Shown: positions 61,374 through 64,000 of the stretch, piece by piece
Position numbering within the stretch: position 1 is the stretch's first letter
How the letters are laid out: each line of letters opens with the position of its first letter
Assembly (NCBI GenBank): GCA_017446885.1
Contig: JAFSOR010000021.1
Span: 2,550 to 66,549 of the forward strand
Source: Spirochaetia bacterium
Lineage (GTDB): Bacteria > Spirochaetota > Spirochaetia > CADAEX01
Direction: 5' to 3'
DNA: 64,000 bases
Program-made: the position numbers and the translations under genes
Notes under the pieces: generated by a model
What the model saw: the letters and a program-made list of their open reading frames with translations, nothing else
Databases searched by the model: none
Told to the model about the DNA's origin: nothing

Positions 61374-61948
61374 TTCTTGCCTCCTCTGATCTCTACCCTG
61401 GTCAAAATATCATCTGCAATTCCCGGCAGAAACTCCCGTACAACTGCCGATTTAGCCTGTTCTGTGCTCATTCCATCCACAATGACCCTGTGTCCTTTCT
61501 CCTCAAGATGTTGCTCCTGCATTTGCTTTATAAGCTCATCCGGAACAGGGATTTCCTTCTCCTCTGACAACGGTCTGTGATAAAGTGCATGGACAACCCC
61601 TCCCTTCAGTGCCGAGATGAATGACCTTTTGACATACCAGCCCTTGCGGAAACGCCGCAGAACATAAATAACAGCATCTGATGCCCTGTCCTGCATGGTC
61701 ATGCTGTCCAGATAAAACCGTTTCTTACGCATCTGTGCCTGTATCATCCTCATAGCAACCTCTCCAGAGAGTTGCCATAGAGAACTCCAGGCCTCAGGAT
61801 CCTGCTTCTCCAGCCAGTCCGCCTGATAATTGAGCAGGCGTTCATTGTCATTATGGGGGCAATCATATCTCTTAAGCCGGCGTACAGGTTTTCTCTCGCC
61901 GAAATCAAACTCAAGCTGTCCATCATCGGTATACAATTCTCCCTCCAT
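61370..61948 (-). CDS. Hypothetical phage protein
   Basis: 192 aa. 4-nt overlap with the MTase gene. No confident motif. Confidence 0.4.
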   Translation of the reverse strand: MEGELYTDDGQLEFDFGERKPVRRLKRYDCPHNDNERLLNYQADWLEKQDPEAWSSLWQLSGEVAMRMIQAQMRKKRFYLDSMTMQDRASDAVIYVLRRFRKGWYVKRSFISALKGGVVHALYHRPLSEEKEIPVPDELIKQMQEQHLEEKGHRVIVDGMSTEQAKSAVVREFLPGIADDILTRVEIRGGKK

Positions 61949-62432
61949 GGCCCTCTGTCCTAAGGCCGTTCCTGTGCATAAAATTACTGAGTTGGCTTGG
62001 CCTAAGCCCTAATATTCCCTGCGCTTCCACACGGGTAAGACCTACAAGCCTCTGTGCAAATCCGCTGTCATACCGGTTATGCTTACGATGCTTAGGCAGA
62101 ACTATCCGCCTTTGTGACACCGGACTGCTTTTGCCTGCCCACCGCTGGACAAGAACACTCCTAAGCTCCCCCAGTTTCCTGAAGGCCTCCGCCGCAGACT
62201 TGCTGTCTGTCACCCATGCAATCTCCTCGGTTTTCGCCTTTCTGAATACCTCCTGTACCCATTCTGGAGCTGGAAGATCATACTCATAATCGCCGCGCAG
62301 ATAGTGCAGAGCATCTTCGTTCCTGCTCTTACGGAATCCATACTTAGAAGCTTTGCCTATAAGGTCTGCTAAAGGAGAAAGCACAGTTGCATGGAAAATT
62401 AAATCCATAAGGCCTTCGTTAGAACCGCTCAT
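61923..62432 (-). CDS. Hypothetical phage protein
   Basis: 169 aa, basic. Overlaps neighbours. Confidence 0.4.
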   Translation of the reverse strand: MSGSNEGLMDLIFHATVLSPLADLIGKASKYGFRKSRNEDALHYLRGDYEYDLPAPEWVQEVFRKAKTEEIAWVTDSKSAAEAFRKLGELRSVLVQRWAGKSSPVSQRRIVLPKHRKHNRYDSGFAQRLVGLTRVEAQGILGLRPSQLSNFMHRNGLRTEGHGGRIVYR

Positions 62433-63058
62433 TGGCTGAACCTCTTAATTATTGGTGTTACCGCCGCAGGATCAACTATCTGTTCAGTGACAATCTCGCC
62501 TTGTGGATTCTTTGAGAAGATAAGACCACAGGGGATACAAAGACTGCGGTCATAATGCCTGGTCAAAGGTTTCAGGCACTTAGGACAGACATCCAGGCCC
62601 ACACCGGCTTTTTTCTCTTTGGCTTCAGCTTTCTCTTTTTCTTGTGTTGATCTCGAATAAAACCTTTTAGGGGTTTTATTCGAATCAACATATTCTGATT
62701 CTGTTTCTGTTTTTGTCAAAGATTGAGCATGTTCTGTATCAGATGTTACAAGTTCGTTTTCGGTATTCGTTTTGACTATTCGTTTTTGATATTCGTTTTC
62801 GGTATTCGTTTCATCATTCGTTTTTCTTGCGTTATGGTTCCCGATCTGTCCGCCGCGGTGTCTCCTGGCTCCCAGGGATGTCTTTATCACGTTGAACATA
62901 GAGAGCGCTGCATTGGTCAGTTCCTCCGGCTCTGTCCCGAAGCAGGCGTAATCCAGAAGGGCACATGCAAGCTTCTGCCGCTCCCTCTTGGAGATGGCCT
63001 TCATGTCTGTAACGGCCTGCCATTTATCATAGTATATGGTGGAATACAATGCTGCCAT
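62429..63058 (-). CDS. Putative phage replication initiator / replisome organizer with C-terminal zinc ribbon; contains internal iterons
   Basis: 209 aa. Central low-complexity segment (NTENEYQKRIVKTNTENELV...) encoded by the 13-bp tandem repeats. C-terminal CPKC...CIPCG zinc ribbon. Located next to ssb as in lactococcal-type phage replication modules. Confidence 0.4.
   Translation of the reverse strand: MAALYSTIYYDKWQAVTDMKAISKRERQKLACALLDYACFGTEPEELTNAALSMFNVIKTSLGARRHRGGQIGNHNARKTNDETNTENEYQKRIVKTNTENELVTSDTEHAQSLTKTETESEYVDSNKTPKRFYSRSTQEKEKAEAKEKKAGVGLDVCPKCLKPLTRHYDRSLCIPCGLIFSKNPQGEIVTEQIVDPAAVTPIIKRFSQ
62751..62830. repeat. Six tandem direct repeats with exact 13-bp periodicity (core TTCGTTTT; minus-strand AAAACGAA), candidate origin iterons
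   Basis: Core occurrences at 62753, 62766, 62779, 62792, 62805, 62818. The period is not a multiple of 3, so the repeat is not maintained at the protein level. Confidence 0.65.
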
Positions 63059-63069
63059 CAGTCCCTCCT

Positions 63070-63495
63070 TTAGAACGGAATCCCGTCATCGTCGAACCTG
63101 TCGGGCTCCGGCACATTCACAGGCTTTGCTGTCTTCTGAGACTCAGCGCCGCCTTTCCTCTCTTTCTCTCTCAGGCGCCTCACCTCGTCCAGTATCAGCT
63201 TGAGCGTGCTCCTGGACTTACCTTCCCGGTCTGTCCACCTGTCCTGCCTGAGACTGCCCTGCACGATGACGGCGGTGCCCTTCTGCATCTCCCGGGCCAA
63301 GTCCTCCGCCTGTTTTCCGAAGTATGAGGCATCGAAGTATGAGACCTCCTCCTTCCATTCGCCTGAGGACTTGTCCTTCCAGCTCTTGTTCACAGCAAGA
63401 GAAAACGACACCACCGCTGTGCCCTGCGGCGTATACTTGAGCGCCGCATCCTGTGTGAGCCGGCCTGTGAGCAGAACGTTGTTCATGTCATTCAT
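63070..63495 (-). CDS. ssb: Phage single-stranded DNA-binding protein
   Basis: 141 aa. OB-fold SSB N-terminus (VLLTGRLTQDAALKYTPQGTAVVSFSLAVN...) and canonical acidic tail ending DDDGIPF. Confidence 0.85.
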   Translation of the reverse strand: MNDMNNVLLTGRLTQDAALKYTPQGTAVVSFSLAVNKSWKDKSSGEWKEEVSYFDASYFGKQAEDLAREMQKGTAVIVQGSLRQDRWTDREGKSRSTLKLILDEVRRLREKERKGGAESQKTAKPVNVPEPDRFDDDGIPF

Positions 63496-64000
63496 TTTTC
63501 GTACAACTCCTTTGAGTCATCATCAAATCCCAGCGGCGGCGCAGGCTCTCCCACGGTTGTCCGTCCCTCTTTCTCCAGCTTCTCATACTCTGCACGCTGC
63601 TCAGGTGTCGCCCACTTGAAGCGTCCAGCCTTGTCCAGGGCTTCCTTCTGCTTCTTTGCTGCGACGAGTGCCCAGAACGCCTTGCTGTACCAGTCGTTGG
63701 CCGACTCCTGTCCGTCGACCATCTTGAGTTCCTTCCTTATCTCCTCAAGCTTCTCCTTGTCCATGAAGTCCTTGTACTCCGCAATCTCAGGGAGAATCTT
63801 GTTGATGTTGGCCATAAGGTCAGAAGCCACGCCTGGAATCCTCACCCCTTTGCTCTCCTGTTGCGGTGCAGGTGCCTCATGCTCAGGCTCTCCCTGCGGT
63901 ACCCAGTCTCCCTTTGTCTCCGGCTCTGGAGGTGTCACATCTCGTATGGTGGTCATCTCCTCTGGCAGCTCATCCTGCGTGTATGGCATACCTCCCATAT
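63492..64000 (-). CDS. Partial CDS (C-terminal part; N-terminus beyond window); possibly the C-terminus of an ssDNA-annealing/recombination protein
   Basis: ORF open to the window edge. Acidic/Pro-rich N-portion and K/E-rich helical C-terminus. Position upstream of ssb suggests a Sak/RecT/ERF-type gene, but there is no motif support. Confidence 0.3.
   Translation of the reverse strand, partial: MGGMPYTQDELPEEMTTIRDVTPPEPETKGDWVPQGEPEHEAPAPQQESKGVRIPGVASDLMANINKILPEIAEYKDFMDKEKLEEIRKELKMVDGQESANDWYSKAFWALVAAKKQKEALDKAGRFKWATPEQRAEYEKLEKEGRTTVGEPAPPLGFDDDSKELYEK

Larger units (their letters stand above)
35570..64000 (-). mobile_element. Partial prophage (tailed phage with a long non-contractile tail; SPP1-like packaging/head, lambda-like tail tip), truncated by the window end
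   Basis: Contiguous minus-strand block: SSB, replication gene, MTase, TerS/TerL, portal, minor head, lysis-like genes, scaffold, capsid, connectors, major tail, TMP, M-L-K-I-J-like tip genes, fibre. Left end adjoins the apbC terminator via an AT-rich spacer. No integrase within the window. Confidence 0.8.

Noticed and set aside
62751-62830. Tandem repeats considered as a CRISPR array or minisatellite.
   Set aside because: Units are only 13 bp with 4-5 bp variable cores. There are no spacer-length unique sequences and no cas genes. They lie inside a coding region next to replication genes, so iterons are the better explanation.
1-64000. Searched for tRNA/tmRNA genes (as prophage att anchors), rRNA fragments and CRISPR arrays.
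   Set aside because: No GGTTCGAATCC-like T-arm signatures, cloverleaf candidates or regularly spaced 25-40 bp repeats seen anywhere in the window.

Overview
The window has two parts. Positions ~1-35.6 kb are ordinary chromosome. The genes there are panE, an S1-domain protein, an SNF-family Na+ symporter, GTP-dependent PEP carboxykinase, a PTS EIIA-Ntr-like protein, and an SSB paralog lacking the acidic tail. Next comes an Opp/Dpp-type ABC operon with two tandem family-5 binding proteins and an embedded TIM-barrel sugar-phosphate isomerase. It is followed by an FAD oxidoreductase, an EF-G paralog, a nitrilase-family hydrolase, a cysteine desulfurase and a frameshifted thiI. Then come a PASTA-containing PBP, a LysM protein, an mcsA-mcsB-clpC operon whose ClpC lacks the N-domain, apbE, an ACT protein, a PaaK-like CoA ligase, def-fmt, a kinase-less PASTA protein and mrp/apbC with a clean terminator. 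The SPase-I type (non-lipobox) signal peptides on both binding proteins hint at a diderm host, but this is inference. Positions ~35.6-64 kb (window edge) are a partial prophage of a tailed phage with long non-contractile tail morphology, all genes on the minus strand. It carries a replication module (partial annealing-protein-like gene, SSB, and a replisome-organizer-like gene with six 13-bp iterons embedded), hypotheticals, an orphan C5 DNA methyltransferase, TerS/TerL and an SPP1-like portal. The SPP1 gp7-like minor head protein carries a C-terminal ADP-ribosyltransferase domain in an AT-rich acquired block, followed by small immunity-like genes. A moron block follows (DUF2335 membrane protein, HExxH metallopeptidase, TM/coiled-coil protein, CHAP peptidase, holin-like protein, double-coded ORFs). 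The remaining structural genes are scaffold, major capsid, connector proteins, major tail protein, chaperone, and a 927-aa tape measure. The tail tip is lambda-like in M-L-K-I-J order, with a gpI-like ubiquitin-fold domain fused through a TM segment to a 1881-aa J-like protein, then a tail-fibre-like protein. The integrase and lysogeny module are presumably beyond the window. The most interesting signals are the virion-packaged ADPRT toxin cassette, the iteron origin inside the replication gene, the head-embedded lysis-like cassette with overlapping reading frames, the I-J tail fusion, and the N-domain-less ClpC partnered with McsAB.
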